A stretch of DNA of 64,000 nucleotides, from positions 310,001 through 374,000 of the forward strand of contig MU058418.1 of NCBI GenBank assembly GCA_013265495.1. Reading direction: 5' to 3'. The notes beneath the pieces were generated by a model. The model did no database searches, was not told the DNA's origin, and worked only from the letters and a program-made list of their open reading frames with translations. Of the stretch, positions 52,189-64,000 are shown in pieces (the first letter of the stretch is position 1; each line of letters begins with the position of its first letter). The DNA comes from Vicugna vicugna (taxonomy: Eukaryota). The position numbers and the translations under genes are program-made.

Positions 52189-55100
52189 CCTACAGCAAAA
52201 TGAAGCTAATCTCTATTCTGATAATTCATACATTCATATAACAGTTATGTACTGAGTGCCCACTACAGTGCTGGCACTGCTGTGGCCTCTGCTATGTAAT
52301 TCCAGACCACGTCTTTGGTCAGTCAGTTTCTTACTTCCTCTGCCTAGAATACAACCACCTTTTACCAAACCCTTTGCCTAGCTGCCTTCCTCCAACTGAC
52401 GACCTCCTAGTTACCTTCAAAACCCACTAATAAGTTCCCTATTTTATAAAGCTCAAATGGTCTCTTTTTCTGAAATTTTCTCCTTTCCTTCCCCAACATA
52501 GTTCATTCCTCCACAGAATTCTGTTTATACTCTACTTACAGTATCTATAGCATTGTACTACAGTTGTTTGTAAACTTCTATGTTCCCTGGCTTGGTGCTA
52601 CTAAGGTCAATGAGTAAATACTACACACTATTCAGCTTGTATCTCCTGCACCAAGCACAGTGTCTGGCACATCACATAGTAAGTCTTTAGTATTTGTTTA
52701 ATGAGTGATCAGATGGATTATAGGGTGTTCAATTTAACAAGACTCAATAGGAAAAATACTAAGGAGGAACATTTAGAGACAGGGTGACCCAATAGACAGC
52801 TATTGCTAAAATCTGGACATAAAGTAACAAAGGCCTGGAATAGGAGAGTGGAAAGTGAAAGAAAAAGAGACCTGGAGAGACTTGAGAGTTGGTGGTTTGT
52901 TGGACATAGAAGGTAAATAACTTGTCAGCTGATGGTCTATTGGGCATGGAAGGCAAAATCAAGGTTTACCAAATTCACTGGGGTAACTGGGTGACAGAAA
53001 CAGTAAAGGCATATTAATTAAGACACTACTGCTATTAAGAGATTAAACCCTAAAGTTTAAGTGGTGGAACAAATAGACTTTTCCTCTCATTCATCAAGTC
53101 TATATGGATATTTCTGATGGACAGGTGGCTCTCCTCCAAGGGATGTAGGCACCTTTCATCTTGAATAGGCCACTTCCAAGATCACCTGCTTAAGGGGTAC
53201 TGCCAGGAAATAGTAAATACAACTTCCGCTTATATTCCATTGGCTAGATCTCATTCATATGGCCAAGTCAACTGCAAAGGAAGGTTGGGAAATGTAGGTC
53301 TAGCTGAATACTCAGGAAGAAAAGACAATGTGTTTGGCAAACTTGTTTCAATCTTTTCTAACACAGTTAACAAGAGGTGCTAGGAAATTTCAGGGAATGA
53401 AGGTAAAGTGAAAATTTGTGGTTTGTTTATAACTGCTAGATAGATGAGAAATATTTGAGTCAATTCTTCCTAAACCAACTGAGAAAACTGAACTATTAGT
53501 CACAAAATTCATCTGCATTTCTTTAAACTTAATAATGTTACACTAGAGAAGTCTATGCTTTGTAATACTGTGTATTATATATTATAACGATCTGTCTTTT
53601 GTACACACAAAAAAATAGCCTATCATTAACAGAGTAAGTTGTAAACTTATTTTATCAGTTGTGGCTGGGGATGCTTGTAAATTCAGTAATATTTTTTTGC
53701 CTGATCACTTTTGTAACCAATTTTTAAAGTTAGGATTGGTAGAATAAACCTAAAGCCCATGGTTTTGCTGGCAAAAGTTTATGGTAGATTTTTATAGTGC
53801 CTTTTTACAAATGTGACTTGCTTACCTGTTTTTCAAAGTGTAGTTATTATATTTTAACCTAAATTCTACTTCTTTTGGCCATTATGTGATAAGTTCACTA
53901 GATACATCCACAAGTTACATCCATCAGTTATATCCTTAGGCCAAACAAAAGAGGTCACCTAACTCACTTTTGTTCCCTTAGGTAATTTACTCAGGTCTCA
54001 TTATCTGACATCAAAGTCAAGTCTATGAGAGAAAAACACCAACAATGTAAATCCCAGTAGTTTGGAGGTGAATTAAAAAGCTCCCAAATCAGTACTTCCC
54101 CCAAATGTTAAATAATTCACTGTGGCATTATAGATACAAGCCTCCAGCAAAAGTTAACACTTGAACAATTAAGGAAGCAGAAGCCAAACAAATGACTTCA
54201 GGGACAGAGAAACAAATGATTGGTTTCTCATAGTACTATGCTAAATTACATTTTCACATTAACAAGTGTGTAGAACACCCAAGCAACACCAATGACTTAC
54301 TAGATAAAGTCTGATTACAGGAAAACAGCCTGGAACCACACACCAGGATTATTCCCTGAATGTAACTGGATTCTATACACTTGGGTATGAAACTCATTTA
54401 TGTTATTTGGAAAATTTTTATATTCATAACGTACCACCTACTCGTTTGCAGAGTTCTTTTACAATTACTCATATTACCGCAACCCTCTACCAAATGCGTT
54501 ATGTTCCTGTGAAGGATCAGAAGGCAAGGCAGCTGACTCTGAGAGGCTATAAAAGAAACTGGAAACATGAGGTCACATCGCAGTGCACACAACAGTATCT
54601 GCATAGTAGAAAGGGTATACACTTCAGATTTAAATCTCAACTTTTATCACTTTCTACCTAGAGGATTTTAGATAAGTCTGTATCTCAGTATCTTTTTCTG
54701 TAAAATGGGATGGTTCATTTATGCAATAAATATTTATTGAACATCTATTAGGTGTCGAATAGCATTTTCCAACAGTTACTTTAGGATAAGCAATGGTAAA
54801 CTACAGCTGGTGTTCATCAGAGGTATGTATGTTTACCCAAATGCAAGAGCAGATGACTGATCAATAAAATGGTTAAAGCCGGCAGACTGAAAAAATCAAT
54901 GGAGTTCTAAACAGGAAACAGAGATACATGGGATACAAGGTGACACGTGGTTCATTTCTTTTCCAGGGACAAACAGTTTATTGGTATTGTAGATCGCTAC
55001 ATATTTTCTCCAATTATTTCAACGAAATCACTCAGCCAATAGCTTTTCTATGAAATTTATAAGATAAAGTTTTGAGCTCTAATTTAAACATGCTGAGGGA

Positions 55101-56607
55101 AGGATGTAGATTTATTAAAGATCTGCTAAGTTGTTTTCCATTCAGAAGTCTTCTAAGACATACTCACAAGAAGATCTTTTTTGGTATACTAATTTAATGG
55201 CTAGTCTAATCCACAAGTGAAATAAATTCTTTTGAATCTGACTAGAAAAGTGGAATGAAATCAAGAAAAAAACACATGAGATTTGGAAGTAAAAGAACTA
55301 TAGTGAGAGCCTTAACTTTCCTCACTTACCAGTCATGTCACCTTGAAAAGAAATCTCAAGATTTTTGAAACCCAGTTTTCTCAAAAGGAAGCATAACGAC
55401 AAATCTTACCTATGGCATTATTGTCAGGATCAAATGGGATAACTGTCACTAAGGTGATTAGTAACTTACAAAGCACTAAACAAATACAAATTATTTCAGA
55501 GTGAGTAGGGACTGAAAATGATCCCAAGATATCCCTTCTAGGGCAGACACTGGTATGAATAAATGGTAAAAGGTCTGCAAAATTATCCTGGCTGGAGGAA
55601 GATCTGTGGCTACATTTTTAGCCACAACAGTAATAATCTTTGCTTCCTTCTTAATAAGGGAAGATCACTGGAATTCAATAGCTGGCAAGCAACAGCCATC
55701 TCTAAATATTACAGAAGAAAACATTTATGGGTAAGACTACTAGGACTTTTTTAAAAAGTCTAAGATGTGGAATGATTTTTAAAGTAAATCAATGAGCTAT
55801 ATTAACCATAAGTCAAAGTTTCTAGAAATACTTCTTTATGTGAGGAAAATTTCCTCGTCACCCATGTTTTTAGGGTGGTTTTAATTTCATGGGCCAGAGT
55901 CCACCTAACGACTGTTACTTCTTTCTGTACATGTTTTTAACACAGTGTCAAGTATACTGCTAAGATTAAATAAATTTATTGCTGATATATGGTTACTAAA
56001 AAACATGCAGTCATTTTAAAAATCAAAACCAAAAATTTAAAGTTTATTTTGTATGCAGCAAAAAATGACTAATACACACTCATAAATGTATTTTTTAATC
56101 TAAATGTGTGAGATGTAAAAGTTTCTTATTCAAGTCACTTTAGTAAAAATCCTTTTACCATAAAAATACACAAAGTAAAATAAATAATATAGCACTGAAG
56201 TAGACTGCATCTCCTAAAATGGTAGTTGCCTCATTATATATACAACTAAGTTACCATATTGAGTAGGTTTAAAAGTCATGAATCCTGGACTAAATGACAT
56301 AGAAAGTCTCCACAGAGATACACTGATACCGTGATGGGGCAGGTGGGTAGTGATGAATAGAAAATTTTAAATGCTCCAGGTAGAAACGAAAGTATTCGAC
56401 ATAAAGGTATGGAGAAATTTACCAGAGTTACACACAAAACAGCCAAGACTATTAGATTTGATAAGAACAATAAAAACCCATGTTTTAACCTTACTAAATA
56501 TTTTAATCTATCTTTGAACCAGAGAATGACAACTAAACAGTGATTTCTACTGACCACTGTAAGAAAATAATTTAGAGAGCAATGTCAAAAGACTAATTTC
56601 TTCTTAC

Positions 56608-56742
56608 CATGAATAGATCCCACTGACCATGTCATAGTTCTGGCATGAAGCATCCACGCTGCTGGGCCCAGCTGCTTTAGAAATAAGTAGCACCACCAAG
56701 CCCCTCAACTGGAGGTTATTCTGGCTGTCGTGTACAAGGCCC
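56608..56742 (-). CDS. PDSS2: PDSS2 coding exon (human exon 2 equivalent), 135 nt, phase 2/2
   Basis: Minus strand reads ...ggcag|G GGC CTT GTA CAC... = [44 protein letters not shown], ending TCA TG|gtaag. Canonical splice sites. The TG joins the first T of the next exon to give Cys. Confidence 0.96.
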
Positions 56743-58322
56743 CTGCCAACAAGTAAAGAAAGAAGAGGATTAATATGCCCCTACACCCTTAGTCAGATCA
56801 AGTTAGAAGATTGCTACAGATACACCTGTACTTCCAAAATCAGACAATGGGACTTGTTGAAAAGAAATAGGATTGAGGGAAGAAAGAGTTAATAGAAAAA
56901 AGTAATGAGTTCAGGAAACAACTAAAGAAACCCATGGCTCATTGTGAAAGTGACAACCTCAAAATTGTGAGGTCCAATGATTTGGTTTCCTTCTCTTTCT
57001 GGGTTTTCCTACTGTCTATACCCTACCATGCAATCTTAACCATTTGCTCTGATAATGAGAAGAATCCATAGTTTTAAACTGTTTTGTGGTGGCTGACAGC
57101 AAGTAAAACACAAATTCTATAGCTTGGATGAAGTGGTATTAACTTGCTGATGACTGTGGTAAGGGGGGGAAGTAAAAAAGTGTCTTCACAGGAAGAAAAG
57201 CAGCTCAGAAAATGAAAGGATGACACCAAATTCAAATAACTTAAAATTTTTACTTGAGAAGTAAAATGGAAATGAATGCCATGGGCAAATATCTTGCCAT
57301 TTCTTATTTATGCTAAGGATGATCATTCTAGACAACATTAGGCTGTAAGAATGTCTTTTTTTCTTTGGTCATAAGGATTGAACTTTTATAATTTCTACTA
57401 TAAATAAGGCCAGGAATACTTTCCAGGAATATATTTTTGTTTGTTTAAGTATCGCAAATGGATATTATAAGAGAACTAAATGACATCACTGAAAAAAGAA
57501 AACTATGGGTAATGTATTATAATAAATTAATACTTAGAACAATACTCATGAGCACTAATCAAATAGAGTATATTACAGTATACATAAATGATATACAAAT
57601 ATAATTTTTAAATGTGGTGAAAAATAGTAAAAATTTATATTATAATATTTCATTGAATTATTAAGACTTCCTTGAGTGAATTCTGAACAAAGAATCAATT
57701 TAAATTAAGTAAGTTAACATAGCCAAAATTAACGAGCTAGTTCTTTATTTAAGAAAAATTTTGACACACACACCCTCCCCATACCCCAAACCTCCAAACA
57801 AATTTCTAAAAGGGCCCCTACTTACCCTTTCATTAGTTTCAAAATAAGACAGATCTCCAGGTTCTCTGCAAGAAAACAGTTATGGCTCTTTCTCTACTTA
57901 GATTTTTTTCCTTAATCTAGTAAGTGATTGTCAGTAAATTAGAGGGGTTAATGATTTTTTAAAAGAAGTTCTAATTTCCTAGGAAAAGAAAGTTGATTTA
58001 AGGTAATTAAGCTATATCACAGTAGAAACAAATAATCATCAGAAATGTCCAAAGTTTTTTATTATTATGTAACAAACTACTTAAATCCTATAGACGTGAA
58101 CTGCAGGAGGGCTGGGAAGCACTCTGTTTTAGAAGAAAATATAAAATCGGAGCTCTTGCTAAATTTTTGCTTTGAATTACAGACTTTAACTTATGTTCCT
58201 TGATCCTTATTTATATATCACCTAAGGTAAATTTTTATTCTTCCCCTCCTGCATAATAACATTAAAGAGAAGGTCTGAATTGGCTCTTAATTCTAGAAAG
58301 GGAAAAGAGGAAGATAAGGCTT

Positions 58323-58371
58323 TGTGTGTGTGTGTGTGTGTGTGTGTGTCTGTCTGTCTATCTGTCTGTCT
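58323..58371. repeat. Compound microsatellite (TG)13 followed by (TCTG/TCTA)n
   Basis: Read directly from the sequence. Confidence 0.92.
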
Positions 58372-58584
58372 AAATTTTGAAGGTTGAGTCTGGTTAGGAA
58401 TGAAGCATATGACAGAACTAACTCCAGGACATGAGCCTTGAGACTTCTGACCAAGTCAGGCTGATGAAATAGTCCTGGCAACAGTCTGACAACACCTTCC
58501 TCAAACTTCTCAGAGATGGGACCTTTCACAAGGGAAACACACACAAAATAATAACAAAAATAAAAATACAACAGTAACAGCAGC

Positions 58585-58855
58585 ACAACAAATATTTATA
58601 TAGGACTCCATATATGCCAGGAACTGTTCTAAGCATTTTGCTATATATTAATTAAATTAACTCACAACAACTCTATGAGGAAAGGTACCCCAATTATCCT
58701 GATTTTACAGATAAGGAGAAGGAGGCACACAGAGAGATCAAGCAACTTGCCCAAAGTACCAGAGCTAGTAAGCATTAGAGCCTTGATAGAGCCGGGATTT
58801 AAACCCAGGTCAACTGGCTTTAGAGCCTATATACATGCTTAACCATTATGCTATA
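58585..58855 (-). mobile_element. MIR
   Basis: tatgccaggaactgttctaagc...attttacagataaggag...aacttgcccaaag...ggatttaaacccaggtc. Confidence 0.8.
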
Positions 58856-59859
58856 GTGACTCTCCATCTACTTCATCTCATGTGCAAACTGCCTACTAAG
58901 TCATTAGAATAGTGACTGATTTAGAACCAGGTTTGAAAAATCCTTCTGCCATTTATTAGCTGCACGACTCATATGATCACTTCTTCTGTAAAATTAGGTT
59001 TAACAACATCTACTTTCCAAAGTCACTGCTAAGGAAGAGACAACATAAGTAAATACATAACACTGTGGAAACACATGGTAGGTGATAAAGTGATCAGAAA
59101 ACTACATTCTCTTTCCTTATTACTTTTTTGCCACCTATTTTTTCTCAACTCATATTTTCTCTTTCTTCTATTCCATTTCTCCTTTTAGCTCTCAAAGTCT
59201 TCCCCACTACCAGCATATATAATCTCCTATAGATATTGTTTCCTTTTCTATCTCCCAAAATGACAAAAGTTAAGGAATTATTCTTAACATCACCACCAAA
59301 CATCATATATCACTGAAATAATCGTTACCTTCAGAACGCATTACTGAAAAGGTCAAGAAAAAAACTGTAGTAGACTGGTTGACAGAAATCAAGAGAGCAG
59401 TCAGAAAAGCACACTTTCTAACCATCAATTTTCACATAAGAACAGTTAACAGCCCAGAGAAGAGATTAACAGCTTGAGTAAATTAAATGTTTCCAAAACA
59501 CCACTTCTTTAAATTCACATCATTAACACCCTTAAAAAAAACATACAGAGATAAATTGATAATGTCCACAGCTCAAAAAGTAGCTCATAAGCAAAACAGA
59601 ATAAGAAATTTTGCTTCTGAGCATAAAAAACAATCCCTTGGGTTCTAAGCTGGTAGAGATAATATGTTTCACATAGTCCAGGTCATACTTTTCACCTGGA
59701 ACACTGTGATTTATTCTCAGTGCCTCTCTTAAGGAGGGATACTGACAAGCTGGAGCATATCCAGAAGATGCTGAAATCATCTCCTGCCACATGCAGGGCT
59801 AAAAAAACACAATGGATGCTAGCTTGGAGAATAGTTAAGTTGGTGTTCTCAAATGTATT

Positions 59860-61690
59860 CAGTCAAAAATGTAGTAAGTGCTTACGACATGCAAGGCACA
59901 GTGCCAAACAGAGAGTGAAGGACACAATGGTGAGTACTATGTGGTCTCTGTTCTTGTGGATAATACAGTCTGGATTAAACATCATAATAAAATGTGGCAT
60001 GAGCTACTTTAGGAGATGATCAAGGGCTGTGGGAGCACAGAGAAAGGACAACTAACGTAAGTGGTGCTGAGAGGGTGGTGAAAGAGACCTCTCTGAGACC
60101 TAAAGGATGAGGAGGAGGGAGTCAGGGGAGCCGAAGCAGGGAGAGAAAGTGAAAAAAAGACTGTTCCAGAGAAGAGACAATAGGTGTGACGGTTTGGAGG
60201 ACAGTGAGGAGAACACAGCTGTTTCAAGAATCAATATGGCAGGAGCACAGCATGTGAAGGAAAGGGTTGGGAGAATTCAAGCTAGAGGAGTACATGATAG
60301 CTGTCTGCTCATGTGGAAGGGTTCCATATGGATAGGAGACAGACTTAGTAAGTATTACTTTAGAGACTGACAATAATAGATGGTTAACTGCAGTTCTCAC
60401 TGCATCATCATAGCTTTCACAACTATTAACTAGTTTTTCTTCCTTAATCCAACCCTATCAGCATTTCAATCACAGCTAGGGCACCTTTCCATATTGTCTC
60501 AAGTTCCATTTCTTCAACATATCTATACCAAGAGGTACACAAAGAAATAAGAGGTATAATAAATACCTATAACAACATGTTCAAGAAATGGTTAAATTCA
60601 GGGGGGGTGGATAGCTCAGCGGTAGAGCACATGCTTAGCCTGCATAAAGTCCAGTACCTCCATTTTAAAAAAAGGTTAAATTGAATAGTATATGGAACAG
60701 ATAACAAAGACAGTAGAGTAACTAAAAGCTATCAGAACTCAAAGGAAGAAAGAAAACTGCTTCTTATTAGAGATGCCCCTCACAGTATAGATAGCATTCA
60801 GACTGAGCCTCAAAGATGGTCAAATTTCCCTGAGAAGAGAATGAAGGTAGGGGTGAGATGGAGTTATTAGAATGGAAAGAAGGGTACTTTAGGTGAAAAG
60901 AACAGGTTACAGAGTGATAAGCAGGTAAAAGAATGGGGAACAGGTTCAGGAGCTGTGGAGCTACTCACTTGGGCAATGTGTGAAGATGTACAAGCCCAGA
61001 AAAACAGATGGTAAAAGAGTGAAGGGCCTTGAAAGTCAGGTTTAGCATCAGGACTTATTCTGCAGGCAATCTGAAGGCATGGATGGTTTGTCAGCAAGCG
61101 AGTGATGTGATCAGAACTAAAGACTAAAACTGTTACTCTGGGCCTAATATTGTTACTCTGGCAGTAGCGTGTTAAGTGCAGGGGAAAGGAGAGAAAAGAT
61201 TAGCTGGGAGTAGCTTCTTCCAATAGTCCAGGTGGGAGATAATGAGGGCCTAAATTAGGGTAGCAGCAGCAGGGATGGAAAAGAAGAGCTGAATGATGGC
61301 AGCAGCGTGGAGGTGAATCAGGCTAGTCTGGCCAACTGACTGCATGAGGGAGACATCAGGAAGGAATCAGGAAGCAATGGAAAGATAAGGGCTGAATTTA
61401 AGATTCAAACCTGTTTGCTGAAGGTGATGATGCTAGCATGAGGACTGGAAAGAAAAAGAGTGTTAATGGGGAATTAATGAGTTCAGTTTTGGACATGTTA
61501 ACTTTGAATGCAGGAAGGACTTCCAGATGGAGATGCCCAGCAGGAAGCTGGAAATGCTGTAGATACAGATTTGGGAGGCATCTTCATAGTAGTGATGGCT
61601 GAAGCAGTAGGAATTGATGGATGGGTTTTGAGGGGAGAAAAAAGAGAAAAGAAGGGGAAGGGAAGAGGGAAAGGGAAGGTGTGGGAAGAA
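59860..61690 (-). mobile_element. L2 fragments
   Basis: Purine-rich antisense L2 text (gagttcagttttggacatgtt...atgcccagcaggaagctggaaat...gatttgggaggcatc), interrupted by a SINE and other sequence. Confidence 0.7.
60601..60673 (+). mobile_element. vic-1-type SINE lacking B box
   Basis: GGATAGCTCAGCGGTAGAGCACATGCTTAGCC...GTCCAGTACCTCCATT. GGTTAAATT repeated at 60590-60598 and 60674-60682 (TSD-like). Confidence 0.8.
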
Positions 61691-63567
61691 AAAAGGAATC
61701 TTGAAAAATTCCTATATTTAGGGGACTGAGGAAGGACGAGTAACCCACATGAAAGAACACAGTATGTCCACAAACAAATGAAAGGGGTCTCCAAAAACAC
61801 CCACAAAGAAGAGTGAACATACATGCACAATGGAGGCAGAGAACTGTGACAGCACAGTGCACAGAAACGGGGGCCAGTAGTTGCCTCTTCCTTGGGCTTT
61901 TACAGTACTTATTATAAATTTTCAGTTTGGTACTTACTACATTGAATAATAAAAATGATAACAACAATGACACAGACAACAGCTAAAACATACGATAATG
62001 GCAGGCATGTGCTGTCTACATGCATATGTTCTAATCCTCCACAAACCATGCAAGGTAACTAGTAATATCTCACTACATATGAGGAAAACTAGCACGAAAG
62101 CTTAGAAAAGTTAAGTAATTACTACTTACACTATTCAACCAGTAATGTAAATGCTAAAATTAGGCATAATTTGGACTCCAAAGCCCTGGAGCCTTTGCAG
62201 TCTTGTTACTTAATTATTTGTTCATAGGTACTCCTTACAAAGCTATGAGAACCTTGAGGGCCCTCAGGCTTGTTTAATCTTTGGATGCCTTGCACCCAGC
62301 AGAGTAATTGACACAGAATAAGTCTAAAAAATGCAAGATGACAGAATAAATCACTTCAAGAAGTAGAGTAGCAGACACTATCTTATACAACTTATCCCAA
62401 TAGATCTATTATTATTCCCAACTTTCCTCACCTCTCCTATTACCCATTTGCTGATTCAACCATTCAGCTCTGAAGTTTTGTCACTCTTCATAAATCAGTG
62501 GATTCTTTGAAAGTGACAGCCACACAGGAGAAAAGCCCCAATACATTAAAAAACATGCAAACATGCTATGATTTATTTTAATGCAATGCTGAAAAGTTAC
62601 TGCATATAAGAATTACGCCATACCTAAGGACCTATTTCTTAAGTTTCAAATAGAGAAGAACTCAATATATTGGAGTGTTTATGTCTTTTGTTTCTTCATC
62701 TAGGAGAACTGACTGAATTCACTACTGTATCTGTGCCCATGAGAGAAGGCTGCCCTCAGTTTGAACAGAGAGTAAGGGTAGTTGCAGATGGAGAGCTGAG
62801 GTAGGACGGCAGAATTAGAGCGTGAGAGATAATTTCTGAGATTCATGCTCAAGAATTCAGAATTCTAACTTATGCCAGTGGTTCAAATCACAATCTTTTG
62901 GTGAATTTATAATAAATTTTATGAAAAAATTTATCACCCGCAAGAGATCATCACCCTTGATTTAGCTCAAAGTACCTCAAAGTAAAACTGAATGGGAAAG
63001 AATCAGCACTGCCCAGACCCCCGCCAGGGTAAGAATTCCTTCCAGAGCTAAAACTTAGAGGGACAGTTTGTTTTACTACTTTATTATTCCACTTTTAATA
63101 TATCCAGCTCTAATAAATCAATCCAGAAAATGTAAGCATAAAAGATGAATGTCAAATCTAACATACATGAGGTGGGTTGATTGATATGATTTCTAATGCT
63201 TGTGGCTGTGACCTCTAGTCAAAAATTTTTTAAAAATTTACATACAGATAACTGAAACAGAAGAACCGACTATAATGTGCACAATTTTTGCCAAAGAACT
63301 ATAGGAATACCCTGATCTTTTCTATTCTTTTTAAATGCTGACTGTAACCTGCTAAATTGACTTTGTGAGCCATTAATGAGTTGCAACCTGCAGTTTTTTG
63401 AAAAATCGTATTTTAAGTCATGTAACGTATATGATATATAAGAACTGGAAGTAAATATAAAATTAATTAAATAGGAATAGAATTATCACTATTTAAAAAC
63501 AGAAAATCTCTTCATATACTAGACCAAATTTAGTGTTGCAACAAAGCACTACAATTTTTTAAATGAA

Positions 63568-63692
63568 GGAGTAGGGTATAGCTCAGCGGTAGAGGACAAG
63601 GTCCTAGGTTCATTCCCCAAGACCTCCATTAAAATAAGTAAATAAACCTAATTATCTCCCCCCTCCAAAAATTAAAATTAAAATTAAAAAAA
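63568..63692 (+). mobile_element. vic-1-type SINE lacking the anticodon-arm region
   Basis: GGGTATAGCTCAGCGGTAGAG-GACAAGGTCCTAGGTTCATTCCCC...ATTAAAATAAGTAAATAAACCTAATTATCTCCCCC plus A-rich tail. Confidence 0.85.
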
Positions 63693-64000
63693 TTTTAATG
63701 ACATGGGAAAATACTTAAGATGTTAAATGAAAAGACAGAATATAAAACTTTGTATATATACAATATCTCAATTATGCTTCAATATTTGCACATATATACA
63801 TATAAACAAGGTCAAGGGAAAAAACTAGGACTAAATATGACAAAACATTAACATTTAAAATCTGGGTGTCATTATATAGGTGCTCAATACACAAAGGATC
63901 CATGTATTTTTCTGTGTCTTTAAAATATTTTATTTAAAAAAAAAAAAACAGGAAGAAAACACCCCTAAACAGTAATAAGTGTTAATCAATGCATTTTCAG

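Noticed and set aside
60601..60673. tRNA genes at the TAGCTCAG.GGTAGAG motifs
   Set aside because: No complete cloverleaf. SINE-specific tails and TSD-like flanks are present.
61498..61979. ORFs of 73-131 aa
   Set aside because: They lie in L2-derived, purine-rich sequence.

Overview
Mammalian genomic DNA, most likely camelid given four vic-1-type tRNA-derived SINEs. The window lies inside PDSS2 (minus strand) and holds two coding exons (56608-56742, 15343-15541), the 41-kb intron between them and parts of the flanking introns. The introns carry a full-length TPT1/TCTP retrocopy with an open 171-aa ORF, 5'TOP, long 3'UTR and TSD, and a decayed COX7B processed pseudogene that the ORF track misses. 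They also carry a roughly 2.7-kb hAT (BLACKJACK-like) transposon fossil inside an MLT1 LTR, three apparently twin-primed L1 insertions, and many MIR, L2, MLT and MITE relics. Weaker candidates are a poison exon, two hairpins and enhancer-like blocks. I find no evidence for a wholly new biological system. Repeat family names come from recalled consensus sequences and old-repeat boundaries are approximate.
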